DNA of 61,497 nt, filler included, from Choristocarpus tenellus KU-1152 (GCA_964200185.2; 12 parts of 12 records of this genome joined end to end with filler, not necessarily neighbours in it); one strand, 5' to 3'. Shown: positions 48,322 through 61,444, counted from the first letter of the whole stretch. Notes: generated by a model not told the origin, from the sequence alone. Program-made: numbers and translations.

Positions 48322-50499
48322 AAGGAAAAGGAATAAACAGTATGTGAGATACAACTAGTGGTTATGCTGTGAAGATCAAAACAAAGAAACAAACTCAAAT
48401 CAATATCTGGGACAACTCATGTGGCACATGCTATGCTTGTATTTTGATAGGTACCTGTTCCATACTCACCATGAACCATGGATTGGTAATGATGACTTAT
48501 GATCCAATGATGGAGTACCAATAATGTAAAGTTGAGCAATAACCAGTACTAATGTGCGAATCAACAACAGTCAGTATGAACTGGAAATACTCGATGGTAT
48601 CAATAACACAAAATGTGAGTAGCCTATGTTTCAACACCCACGAATAGTCAGCATGAGGCCCAACCATGCACAATACGCTTGAGCTGCAATCATCCAACAT
48701 GCAGCCCCGAATGTCTCTCGTAGATCCTGCCCAGTCCAGTAGTGGGTCAGGCAGTATATAGGAGGAGAGGGAGTTCAAGCTTGACTAGCCTTAGCAATAT
48801 GCCATGGTATCCCCTCCCCTGCTTCGACATGTGAAGCTCCATGCCTGGTGGATAAAGATGGGCACCTTGAAAGTGTTTCTTGTCCCACCTACTTTGCCCT
48901 GCATTGGGCCAGGCAATACATGAGGACTAGGGGGCGTTAAATGAGTATTTAGGTCCAGATAACATGCCACAGCCTCCCCTCTCTTGATGAGGCTTGTGAA
49001 GCTCCACTCCCTTAGTCTGACTAATCTTGTGCAGACAGCCCTCGGCAACCACCTGCCTCGCCAGGGTGCCTCCCCTACCGAGAGCCATCATGGTCTGCCA
49101 TTGTGGCAACCACCTTGAAAAGAGTAGCACCTTCCCCTACCGGGGTTGGTTGCTTGGCTCCTTCTCCTCCAGGAATTGGAGGCTTTGCTCGAGCCTTTTC
49201 ACAGGCGAGCAGAGGGACATTAAAGTCTGCCATCACAGCAAGCACCTCAGTACTAGCAACAGCAACAGCTCCAGCCGCATTGTCTTGATTATCTCCATCA
49301 TTTTGTGCAGGGATCAGCGTGTTAGGAATAACAGCTGTTGTCCATGGATCACTCTCATGTGTCACGACTACCACTCCAACTTTTCTCCTCTCTCACGCTC
49401 CATCTCACCAATCACAAGACTCCCCTTACACCCGTGTGTGACAAATAACTGGTGTTATGCTTACATTGTGTGCGCCAAAACAAGCATATAACACAGTATG
49501 ACAGTTTCATGTCGTTAATATTTAGTTTGATACAATACATTATGTTGACAGGAGAAAAACACTAAAGTGGTACCAGTAACTTCGCCCTCTGTAGCAATCT
49601 TTGTTTTTTCAGTGTATCGCCACAAGAATTACACAACAATATAAATGTATATCAAATGAAAGGTTATGATAAGATCTTTTGAAGGTTTGTATCCATGAAT
49701 GTCCTACCTTCAGGGAACGGGAGCTATGTCCCAATCAAATAATAACAAAAACGCGAAGTAACATCTCCGGCGCAATCTTGAAGGTCACGACTTCAAAACG
49801 GACAAAAATGAAGTAATTGGCTTAACTCCCAGCAAAAAACTGATGTGGGTTAGGTCGCTGCTCAAGTTTGGCGTGTGTGGCGATACCAGAAAAAAAAGAA
49901 AAAGATTTGTGGACATTCTTTTAGGGTCGTTTGCAGACTTTTTGTGAGCACACACGCACGTGGCCCACATAGTAACATCAACCACAACGGTGAGACAAGG
50001 AGAGTTGCCGAGGCCAATTTGCCCCCTGGATCTACCCTATAAGCACCTTCTCTATCGAGAGGCGGCAAAAAAGAAAGTACTGTGTGACACTCAGTGCGAT
50101 GTTAGGTGACGAGAAATCGCGAGTAGTGTGGCACAGCAGCATGATCAAATCGTGCAATGGATCATGTGGCTGCGACACTGACGCTTGAGAGAAGATGCAT
50201 GGAAAGCATTACCACACAAGTGCCATTGCGCTCAGGAAACGCCTAAGCCAAAACCCGGGTGTAGAATATCTTAGTAGTCGACAGTTGTAGCAGGCCCTGG
50301 CTGTCTGGAAGCTATGCGAGCCAGAGTGGCTCAAGGAAACGAGAAAGAAGGTGTTAGGGTTGGGCTACAAGGGCTCTGAAGCCCGAAAGGAGGTCGAAAG
50401 GTCCACGGAGGAGAAAGTGAGCGTAACAAAGGCAGCTGTGGAGACTCTCGATGCCACCAAATCCTTTACTTAGAAGCGGTCACAAAGCAGGTGTATTTG

Positions 50500-50926
50500 C
50501 ACACCGATGGTTTGGTGTCTCCCACTTCTTCCAAGATACCATACATTCACTTTTGTTCCTGGACTTAGGGTTGGACATGTAAAGTTGATTAAGGCTTTCT
50601 CCCCGCCTGCATTCATTCAAGAAATCACCACAATGTTCGATCAACTCAACCCTGTCCTCCCTCGCCCTTCCGCCTTGATGATAAAATATCACCCGCCCAG
50701 GAAACATGGACGACGCCCATTTCCGACACTCCAAGAGGAAATGTGATTGTAACGGCTGTAACACTGCGAATCCTGTACCGATGTATAAATGATGGGAAAG
50801 ACCGTCAAATGGCGCTTGAGATGGCAGCAGGATATGCGATGGTTAGGTCGGAAACTGTGAGTAAATGGGAGAGAGACTTCCTAACTAAGGGCCACATCAA
50901 GGTGTCGGAGCAAGGGCCTCGAGAGG
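50500..50926 (+). mobile_element. Possible N-terminal fragment of an IS630/Tc1-like transposase
   Basis: ALEMAAGYAMVRSETVSKWERDFLTKGHIKVSEQG resembles the HTH-region motif T...W...F...G....S.QG; it ends abruptly at a CCCTAA repeat. Confidence 0.4.
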
Positions 50927-50951
50927 CCTAACCCTAACCCTAAACAAGTAT

Positions 50952-51027
50952 ACTTATAATCAAGTAATGGTCTATCTATTGCCACTCTTAGTGACCTATA
51001 ATCCAGGGTTCGAACCCCAATATGAGC
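50952..51027 (+). pseudogene. Degenerate tRNA-like sequence or tRNA-derived SINE head
   Basis: 76 nt; B-box/T-arm GGG-TTCGAAC-CCC; partial acceptor pairing ACTTATA/TATGAGC; no intact D or anticodon arm. Confidence 0.35.
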
Positions 51028-51306
51028 GCTCTTTCTTTAGAAAAGAAATGTGAAAAAAAAACGAAGCCGTACTCTGGAGGGCATTGTGACGGGCATCACA
51101 AATATGCTTCTTTTTTTAGAATCCGATGTCTACATCGAAAGTTATGACGGGGCTGGTACCACTATATCACCAAAAATATAGAAGGGGAAACGAGGAAGAA
51201 AGAAGAACAAAGAATGCAAGAGATGATGGGTCAGTCTTTGGCTGGACGTCAGGAAATGGATGATCTAAGACAGGACCCCACTGGATAATAAATAAATTAT
51301 GTATCT

Positions 51307-51735
51307 TCACCCATAAATCAGCCAGCAGCTAGTGGCGACGCGCCTTTCTTGCGCAAAGCTATTTAACGTGGTGGTCATTGGATGGTGCCATCCGAGATGG
51401 AAAGAGCCATCTCCATGGAAGGAATGATCGACTGACTCATTTCGGAACGCTTCACCCCGTAGGGATGATCTGGGTCCGATTTTGGCTTGTACACAACCAG
51501 TCGGAGACCGTGTGCTAGGTACAGTGGCCAGGAAGGTGGGATGATCCCAACTGCCGACTCCAATACTAACATCCATCTGAAAGCAACAGTCCCGGTCTTG
51601 CTCAAATTCCATTATTGCCTTAAGTTAACCCTACACAGTAGAGGAAAGTTCTTCAAGGCAATCTTCAGCAAGAGGGGCATCACTTTGGCCCCGACCATGG
51701 ACAGGTGTCCCTTCTCTAACCAAAGATATGATAGG
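51307..51735 (-). mobile_element. Degenerate reverse transcriptase fragment, possibly DIRS/Ngaro-type
   Basis: Across frames: YLWLEKG, GLRLVV, LRGEAFRN and SFHGDGSFHLGWHHPM (resembling S.D..DGyfH.g.HP). Confidence 0.4.
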
Positions 51736-52289
51736 TAAGGGTAGAAACCTAGGGTTCCAATATATTGTCTTAACGTATCCCCTGGCTCATCATGTAAGAA
51801 TAGAAGTGAACAAAGGAATATTGCCAAATGTTGTAGAGGAGTGATTATCTTAAGCAGAGGGGGCGACCATGCAACCTTAAAGCACCATGATCAATAGACT
51901 CAATTCCTGGCGATCCATTCAAATACAAGAACAAATATGCCTTCAACAATTAACTCTTGTATACTGACTCTACATGTATACTACTAGTTATCTCCAATGT
52001 ATTTGGAGGAGTCTATTCGAACAACTTTGTTTCAAGGTATCATATCCTCAACTCCAAAAACCAACCTTACCATCAGGTGAAAGGTATAGTCCAACTCTGA
52101 ATCTACTATAGCGCAGAGTGAGATAGGGGAAATTGTGGAATAGCCTGGGTTAAAGTCTGAAGCGCCCCAAGTCTTGTAAGAACACACCATTTAAGACTGC
52201 TCCTCTTGGTCCGACATAGGTCCTGGATGTGATACCGATGGATCATTAGGTAAGGAATCATCAATGTCCAAACCTGGTGTAGATAGAGG

Positions 52290-52760
52290 AGAGAATTGTG
52301 ATAGTCCGCCTGGTAGCTCATGTTTCGATCCTCCTCGCGACTTCAGCCCCATGTCATGGTCCATAAGGCGAAGGGCCCACTTGGGTAGGTGCTGTAGGTG
52401 CTGAGGTCACAACTCTTGAAGAACCAAATCAGGGCTGAACAGTCAGTAATTAGAGTAATTTTCTAAGCCCAAATATAGGAGTGGAAATGTTTGACTGCTC
52501 ACAGCGTAGCCATGCACTCTCTCTCAGTGAGTGTTCTTCAACTATCTCCCGTAGACCATCTATTGATAGCATACAATATGACATGCTCTTGCTCGTCGTC
52601 CTGTACTTTGGTGAGGATTGCTCCAGCTCATTCCACACTTGCATCTGTGTGAGGAAGAAACGGTCTGTCCCAATTTGGAAAGAATAGGATTGGTGGGGAA
52701 ATGATATGCATATTTAGTTCTTCAAATGCCTCCTGCTCATCTGATCCCCCAATCCTGTCT
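52290..52760 (-). mobile_element. Ty3/Gypsy RT-connection/RNase H remnant
   Basis: WGSDEQEAFEEL...SPPILFFPNWDRPFLPHTDAS..AGAILT...TERECMA...AVKHFHSYIW...LITDCSALIW...KWALRLMD with in-frame stops. Confidence 0.9.
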
Positions 52761-52982
52761 CTTTTTGATGGGTGCCTCCTGTTAAGAATATACTTTTTAT
52801 TTATTTTAAAAGAAGAGACAGCGTTTGTGATCTGAAGAACAGAAGATATGGTTGAGTGTCAAGAACTAGAAAATATAGAAGAGTTCAGGAATAGGAAGCA
52901 TAGTGGGAAGTAATCCGTGATTAGTTTGATTAGTAATTCACAGAATAGAATTGATTTGGTGGCAAAGATCCCCCTCCTTGAA

Positions 52983-53345
52983 CAGTGGATTCGCAAAATT
53001 GAGGATGGAGCGGGACTATGAGGATGGTTGTTTTGCGAAAACGNNNNNNNNNNNNNNNNNNNNNNNNNNNNNNNNNNNNNNNNNNNNTTAATTAATTAAN
53101 NNNNNNNNNNNNNNNNNNNNNNNNNNNNNNNNNNNNNNNNNNNGATTGTCCCAAAATTAGCTGGGAGAAAGTGTCGTTTTTTTTTTTTGTTATTTGGGGA
53201 TGGAGCTTTGTATTGAGGATGGGCTTGACCCAAAACTGTCTGGGAGAAAGTGCCGATATGTTTTTTTTGGTATTAATAAATAGTCAATTTTGGGTCAAGC
53301 CCATCCTCAATTAAAAGCTCCATCCTCAATTTTTGAAATCCCCTG
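52983..53345. mobile_element. Ends of a further TIR element family (CAG termini) on both sides of a linker
   Basis: CAGTGGATTCGCAAAATTGAGGATGGAGC at 52983 versus GCTCCATCCTCAATTTTTGAAATCCCCTG ending 53345; internal inverted repeat at ~53198-53236 / 53288-53326. Confidence 0.7.
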
Positions 53346-53803
53346 TTAACTATTGTTATATTTATATTATGACTATTATGACATTCATTGATATTGTATT
53401 ATTATGATTATGACATTCATTGTGACCAATACAATTTATTATTGTTCTATTGTTATAACTGTTAACATTTCTACTTTAATTTCATAATTACGACTATATG
53501 AATGATGATTATGACTACTTCAATTTGTGTATTTGTGACTGTATTTATTATGCAATTACGATTAAAATTGTGATTATCATCATCATTTCATTATTGGAAT
53601 GATTGACATATTTTACTATCATCATTATTAGGATTACGTAACATTTTGTTTATTAATCTTAATATTTTCGTGATTATTATCTTGATTATGATTGATATAG
53701 ATTTCTTTACGATTTTTTCATTATATCTGTGGGAGACACGTAGTCCCTTCTTTATCTTGCTTTTTCACGACATGAATGGGTCATCATGTAGTTGTTGTAT
53801 TGA

Positions 53804-54064
53804 GAGGGAAAGCATCTTAGAGGGTAAGAGTTTTCCCCTGTTTGTCCATTATTGGGGGCTTGGCTTCCCACGGGTTATTAATGACATTCCACCCACTCCA
53901 AAATGTTTCGGAGTAGGTAAAATGTATACGTTATGAAAAGGTGTGTCCAGAACAAGAATATTGACATTCCTAACAAACACGATAGCCAAAATTATATCAG
54001 AATTGCAACATTGGATTTTGGCCTCCAAATGTACGCAGCTATACCCTCTAAGATACTTCGACTC
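53804..54064 (+). mobile_element. MITE family A full-length copy with 3-bp TSD TGA
   Basis: TGA|GAGGGAAAGCATCTTAGAGGGTA...TACCCTCTAAGATACTTCGACTC|TGA. Confidence 0.95.
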
Positions 54065-55539
54065 TGAGCTCACCCTCGCAGCAACAAAACAACAAGCAAA
54101 AAGAAAGCGCGTACTACTCGGAACCTCAATAAAAAAGTACTCACCGCTCACCAAATATCAAGATTCTTAGACCCTATCCTTTGGAGCATGTTCCCCCACA
54201 TTGTGCCAAAACAAATAATTGAGAAGAAGGCAGGGTTGCATTCTAAGGATCCTAACAACAAGGGAAAACATAGATAGGCCATTTGGCGCAGTTGCAGAAA
54301 GAGCCGTTGCCTAATTTTGGTTTCACTTTGTATGTGGAATGCGCGATACCAATTTCGCCTACAACGTTGTGTTCATAAAAGAAATGACATAGAGTGTAGT
54401 GGAATGGGTAAGAACAATGACATATAATTCGAAAGGGTACAAACCTATCTACCTCTCACTATTGGAGTGGCTCACTACCACGCAGTAAGCAGGGATGCTG
54501 ATGATATGTTCTTTTGGAAAAATGATTTTGAATGCAACAAAGGGTTACATGTTGATCAACTCTCTTTCCCTATGGCATAGAGTGCAAAAAAATACAAACT
54601 TCTTCATTCAGTGTTTTCAGTAGGATATGTATGCGTGGAAGGACGAGAGAGCATACAACTGCAACAACGTATGGTTTGCTGGAAGTATATGTACTGTAGA
54701 GGTGTGGGGAGGTGTCAAGGGTGGCGAAAAGATCACGATTGGAAGGAAGCATTGTAGTTCAAAATAAAAAGCACTAGAACACAAACCCACTACTCTATCA
54801 TTCCAACCGAGATTTTATCGTCATAGAGGTAAGGGTAGATACCTGGAGGTGAGCAATATTTGCCTTACGAATATACAATCCCTTGCCTTCAATGTATACT
54901 CTAGAGTATATATCCATATGCACATATTGTATATGTGAACGGAGACAGAGAGTACTGGGGAGGGGGGATACAAAAGGTCATCGGCAAGCATGGCGCAAGT
55001 AGTGTACAGATGGAGAGGTTATCCAATCAAGTGGCAACATTGTCGAGAGTACTTGGATATTGGGTGTAATTATTTCTGGCACTAACGATATCAAAATGAC
55101 ACCTCCCTATATCATCCCTGCTTGCAGTATCTCTCGACCATATTCTGGTGCACTTGACCTCTCTATCGTGTACTTCTTACTTATTGTGTGTACATGTTCT
55201 CGCTCTTGCACATCAACCAATCTACGCCAATCTACGCACACACGAACACACATAAAATGGAAGATTCATCCTTGCAATTGGCAAAGGGAGGATAAACATG
55301 TACTGGAGAAACATGTAGCAATATACATGCTTCCTCATAGGAGGTTGTTCACTCACCTAGCAATTAGCAACCACAACAACTATGTTGCTAGTCTGTCATG
55401 CCTTGGAGTCCATGAAATATACACGTATGCTAAAACACCATCCCTTCTAGTTGTTGGGTACATGGGATTTAGCTATTACACCCAGAACCTCTATGTTTTC
55501 TCTTCATTATCTTTAGTTCTGAAAAAGACGGGACATACT

Positions 55540-57330
55540 GGCAGCAACTGAAATTGGTATCATATACCTTTGGTGGGATATAGTTTGAAGTACTTGCGGA
55601 GCTATAGCGCAAACGATACTTCAGCCTCCATCTAGTAATAGGAAAGCCCAATAAGTTGAATCTATTTCTGAATGAATGGGTGCATCAATGCATGCTGGTC
55701 TCAAAGGCTACAATTCTTTCATTGCTTTCTACAAAATGTTTTTTACTTTGCAAATGTAACTGCCATGTCATTCGATCAATCTCTTGCTTCCTTTCCTTCG
55801 TGTGTCCTGTTTGTTCTACCCTAATCAAGCGATAAGTCAGTATTATTGGGTAATGAGAATGCTTCTCCGACTTGTGCTTCTCCGACCTGTGCTGTTAGAA
55901 TGTATATCAATATCTCTATATTGTACAAATGCATATATATTTTTCACTCTATCTAGTCCAATCAATATACACATTTCATTCTTTCACGACTTGGTATTGA
56001 TAGCATGTTGTAGTCTTGTCTGTTCTCTTCATTCAATATCCTTGCACCCAAGATATGATCCGCCAAACAGTGCCTTGCCATAAGGCAAAAACACATTGCT
56101 TTTATGTAGCATATACATCTGTTCTTCAATGGAAGAAAGGCTGTTGTAAATAGGCTTTAGATGTACTCGATAAGGGTCTTACCCCTAATACCTGTGAAAA
56201 CACACAATTTCTATACTTTTACTGGCAACAAGAGACAGAAAAATGTCTAGTAGATAGGGAGTACTCAAAATACTACTGGGTTACTTTCACCACTACTGTA
56301 CATCTACATCTGCTCTGGAGTCCAAGAACCAATAAGTAAGTGCTCATGCATGGAATTAACGATGACTGAAATCTGAAGTAGAGTTCTAAGGGCTTGGTTT
56401 GGATCGTTTCCGTTCTGACCTTTCTCATGATCGACTCTTTTAGTTGAATAACACGATTCAGAGCTTCAGAACAGGAGCATGTTGCAGTACGAGGCATCTA
56501 GGACAAATGATTCCTACAGAATGTTTGTTTACCCTGAGCCTCCCTCTCACACATGGTATCCACAACTGTCGCTCTCACTGAAATATACTTTGTCGATCTT
56601 CACAAATGTCACTCTCCGTTGTCTGTGCATACCCGCTCTTCCTTGACCTACACCTTTATTAACCTGACCTAGATGAAGCCCTGACATCGTCCAGTGATGT
56701 TTCAGTCAGCACCACTTACCGTGGAACCATGCGCAACAATGTCAGTGTGGCAGAGATCGTACATGAGGGAGCTGATTTCAGCAACAGTGGCAAGGACGCC
56801 TCATTTCCTCTTCCAACACAGGTACATCATCAGCTATCACCCCTCATTACAAATTTGCACAATGCAAGCTTAGCCACAACATGTTTATCTACTATTAGAA
56901 ATGCCTGGCTCTCTTGGTATTCAATCTTACTGGTTGATTAGATAAAACGCATAAACAGGCAACTGCCAATCGTATACAGCCTGTTTAGAGCTAAGATATG
57001 AGAACCAGTAGTCGAACGAAACGGGAATTTGATATTGTTTCCTTCTCACTGATATCGGGGGTTCTAAACAACAGGTGGACAGTGAGGAGGGGCTTCTTTG
57101 AGATATTCCAGACTCTCTGAAAACGTCGTTGTGTGTGCAAAATTGGACAATAGGGAGGTGTACCATATTTAGTGTATAAGAGGTGTAACTAATGAGATAG
57201 TACATCCGGACTATGAATGGGGATATGTATGGGTTTTTATTCTGCATTCAACTACTTTGACATAACCGTTGACGTTTGTATGAAGCACAAATAATAATAA
57301 AACAAGTAATGAGAAGAGACCCCACAAAGG
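55540..57330 (-). mobile_element. Highly decayed Ty1/Copia pol (integrase, then RT, then RNase H)
   Basis: Faint motifs in Copia order on the minus strand: VLHTNVNG, AFYLINQ, TAFL/IEEQMYM/KALFG, LS..MEAE. Confidence 0.5.
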
Positions 57331-57803
57331 TCACTCTTCTAATTCCATCCATTCTTTCCACGTTAAGCAAAGGGGTCGTGTGAGGCTTCACATCTTCTTG
57401 TCTTCACTACTGAAAAATACCAGTCCCTCTCAAGGTAAATTGCACATTGTGAACAACACCTGATCCATTTTCAGCCGACTAACAAGTCAAATGAGCTGAA
57501 GAAGGGGGTAGAGATTGGCAGTATATCTCTTGGATTTCTTTATTGCTTTGAAACAGCTCTGAGTACAATTTCTAGGAGAAGTGTCTTTGTAAGGGGATAG
57601 TTCATCAGTATTCCCATCACCGTGGGAGAGGGGGAACTCATAGATAGATATCAGGCAGTACCATGCACCTAGCCACCTTCAACTATCAGTAGTACTTCAC
57701 TATTGTACAAGACAGTTCCCAAACCATGAAAACAGTATCCATTCACATCATAGTTGTTCCTGACCGAGTACATCTCATAGGCTGTTTGAGGCGAGAAACC
57801 TTT

Positions 57804-58061
57804 GAGTGAAAGTATCTTGGAGAGTACGAGTTTTGCCCTGTTTGTCCATTAGGGGCTTGGCTTCCCACAGGGTTTTTTTATGACATTTTCCTACTCCAAC
57901 ACATTTTGGAGTAGGAAACTGTGTACATTATGAAAAGGTATGTCCGGAACAAGGATATTGACACTTCCTAACAAACATAATTGCCAAAATTACATCGAAA
58001 TCGCAACATTGGATTTTGACCCCGAATGGACGCGGCCCTACCCTCTAAGATACTTCGGCTC
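57804..58061 (+). mobile_element. MITE family A full-length copy
   Basis: GAGTGAAAGTATCTTGGAGAGTA...TACCCTCTAAGATACTTCGGCTC; flanks TTT/CTT (one mismatch). Confidence 0.93.
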
Positions 58062-58796
58062 CTTGTTGAACTGTAGGCTACAATGCCCTGCAGCTATCTC
58101 TAAAATCATTTTGCAGAGTTCATTACCGTAGCCCCAACTTGCCTCAGCGGCATCTTCACACCTTTGGACCATTTCCCTTGCTTTCCTATTGCCGTGGTTC
58201 TCGTTGAAGCAAGGGCTGCAATATATTAGTCCTGATTCTTTTCTCACCCTCTACTTTATGGTATTGTTTGCATAGGCGTAGCAAGTATGTATGACGAAAT
58301 ACTAAACCAGGAAGTACACAACTCTTCCGATTATGTTTCAAAACACATTTATTTTGCAGCTCCCTCCTAACTTCAACCTCTAAAATATCTCAACCCTCGA
58401 TTTCACTCCTTTTATATGTTCCCTACATTCCTGGCCTAGTTTTCAATCCAACTCAAGGGACGGGACCCTCTTGCAGTGATGCACCTTGCCATTATTTCTT
58501 GAAAACCTCCTACACGTCCGACACTGATCTACTGACCCCAGCCACACCCCGTTCCTGAAACCACGTTTGTGTGCTTGTTCATCAGCCAGGAATGTCTGTT
58601 CCGAATTGGGTAAGACACAAAGCCTTCCATGTGACAAAAGGCGTCGATGGGGAAGTATTATGTGCATCTATCATCCTCACAAAAGTACGTTCGTTCCTGA
58701 TACATGAGGAAATCGATATGAAGTTTGACATTCCTGTCAGTCCTGTCCAAACAGTAGTCAACTTGCAGTGCACACAGTCCTGTAGTGCTTGCTCCA

Positions 58797-58814
58797 GATC
58801 CAAAGTATCTGGGG
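58797..58814 (+). mobile_element. MITE family B TIR at contig end
   Basis: GATCCAAAGTATCTGGGG immediately before the linker. Confidence 0.7.
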
Positions 58815-59534
58815 NNNNNNNNNNNNNNNNNNNNNNNNNNNNNNNNNNNNNNNNNNNNTTAATTAATTAANNNNNNNNNNNNNNNNNNNNNNNNNNNNNN
58901 NNNNNNNNNNNNNNCCTACCCGACCCCCTTCCGATCTTCAGATTTTTTTTCGTGTCATCTCCTCCCTTCCCCCCCCCCCCCCACCCCCACTCCCCCAAGT
59001 CACCTTCCTCCCTCTTCCCTCTCTTGCTCTCTGTCAGTGTAAAATGCAGTACTTTTCCTGGGGCCCCCCTCCCTCCCTGTTCATGAAACCTTGGGAGGGC
59101 GTGCGTGGTTTAAAAAAAAAAGAGAAGTAAAATAAGTATTGTTCGGAATTGCAACTGAGATCGCGATTGATTTTTATTTTGACCGGTTGGTTGTATTTTT
59201 TTATTTATTATTATTGTGGCTCTAATGAACGCCGCTATGGTTGACACAAGACTCCGTCTCAGCTTAGTCCTTAACATTTCCACACGGCCTTGTGTTGACT
59301 CTCAGTGCCTCAATTCAATTTTTTTCTCAGTGGAGTTAATGGAACAGTTTGGAGTCAAACAACGAAACGCTCGCAAATTCTAGCAATTCTAGCAGTTCGT
59401 GCCATTAGAGACAGGCCTTTTGTTGTGTGCTTCAAAGAAAGTAGTTGGTCAAATAATTTTCTGGCAGTAACTTTTACGAGTACCTTATTTTGTTGCATTT
59501 AACACCGTCGGATGGGGGCGTTTGTATCCGCCAG

Positions 59535-61129
59535 GACTTCGAGGATGAGATCAACAAGATCCTTACCATCATACCCCAGGAGAGGCGCACTTTCCTCTTC
59601 AGTGCCACAATGACCTCCAAGGTGGCCAAGCTGCAGCGTGCTTCGCTCAAGGACCCTGTTAGGGTAAGGGTTTTCCCCCCACAGCCTCTGTCCCTGTACC
59701 CGCTCTTCCCCCTTTCGCCTTCCTAGTTTGGGTTTGTGTGCTTGGCACGTGGGGTGTGGCCTTGAACTGTGCCTGTTCTAGTTTGTGTTGTCCATTCCAC
59801 TAATGAAGCGGTGTCGTCTGCGCTGGCCGAGGAGTTGGTTGGTGGATTAGAAAAAAGAGGCGTGTTTTTTTGCCTCCAAACGATTATGTCTTCGTTCACC
59901 GGTTAGCAGTTGGACACTATGCAAAAGAGAAAACTACGTCAGCAGCTTATGAGTTCAAGTTACATTACCTCATTCACTTTTATACTATAAACCATGTAGA
60001 CTATGAGTCTATATTGCACAGACACCAAAGATGCACTTGAGAGCGACTTGAGATACTTCGTGGTTGAAACTAGTAAAGTCTAAACTCTCTTTCCACCGCT
60101 GCAAATCCAATGCCGTGCTGGTGCATGACATTGTTGTATGCTACTTACCTTTGCTTCCGGTATCACAGTGCCCTTTCAGCCCCTGTGGTTTTCGACTTGT
60201 TGACCTGCATCCAAGTGTTGTTGGTATTGAACTGTGTGTTGCACGTATGTGGGATGGATGTGTGTGTTTGAACTTAGGTGGAGGTGGCACACAAGTTCTC
60301 CACTCCTAGGACTCTGGTCCAGCAGTACCTTTTTGTTCCAGCCAAGCACAAGGACTGCTACTTGGCCTATGTGCTGAACGAGTTTGCTGGACAGAGCACC
60401 ATAGTCTTTGTCTCCACATGCAACAATGCACAGGTGCACAAACACATACCCCACCTGCAGAAGTGTATCTGCTCCTCGTTTCATTCCTTTTTTTTTTTCC
60501 TGCATGCCCAGCTCCACCCGCTCATGTTCCTTGCTTGTGTGGAGGTTGATTCCCTTCTTGCAAGGAGTTTTTTTTAATGTAGTTGTTGGGGATGCCACTG
60601 TGCTCTCAAGGTTTTGACCCACCCAATAAGCTGAAATCCGAGAGATGGAGATTTGTATCGACCAGCAAACATCCGTATAGTGGATAGGTTACCCCTGAAC
60701 TCAGTATACAATACATTGCAACCTCACTATCCTCATGTACCCTAGAGCTCCACTCTGATTTTTTGTTACTGCTACTATAACTTCAAACCATACACCAATG
60801 CGCAGTAGTATCCGTCCCCCCAGGCCCTACCTTGGTGATATACCCCCCCCAGCTGCTACATCCTATACAGCACCTCAGGTCCACTCAGCCTCCCTGTTGT
60901 AACTGCCTTAGCGTCTTTCCCCTCTCCACCTATCCTCCCTTCCATGTTAATGTTAATCTTCCTGTAGCGTGTGGCCCTTCTACTTCGCAACCTGGGGTTC
61001 CAGGCGGTTTGCCTCCATGGCCAAATGGGACAGCCCAAGCGGCTTGGGGCTTTGGGCAGGTTCAAGTCTGGGCAACGCAATGTGCTCATTGCTACTGATG
61101 TGGCCAGCCGTGGGTTGGACATTCCATCG
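59535..61129 (+). CDS. DDX47: DEAD-box RNA helicase DDX47/Rrp3, partial; exons 59535-59663, 60278-60433 and 60968-61129
   Basis: All phase 0, GT-AG: [10 protein letters not shown]...[23 protein letters not shown]|VEV...[15 protein letters not shown]...|[68 protein letters not shown] and LLRNLGF are Rrp3/DDX47-typical. Confidence 0.95.
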
Positions 61130-61406
61130 GTAGGAGTGTGCTTTGGGGGTATCTGTACCTTAATTGTGTGTGTATGTGCGTATCGGTGTGTGAATTGTGT
61201 TGGGTGATTGTCTGCATTGGTTTTGGTGTGTATTTGGTGCTGTGAGTGCTGTGTGTATATGGAGAAGGTGGTGCTAGTATGGGGGAGTTGTAAAGAAGAG
61301 GTGCGATGTATGGCCTTACTTGATGGTTCAAATTCTTTGCAGTACTTGGAAGTTGGTATGGGGTACACATATCCCCATCTGATGACCAATGTCCATCATC
61401 CCCCCC

Positions 61407-61444
<38 letters not shown>

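Noticed and set aside
50952-51027. Functional tRNA gene
   Set aside because: The T-stem is only partly paired and D and anticodon arms cannot be formed; kept only as a degenerate remnant.
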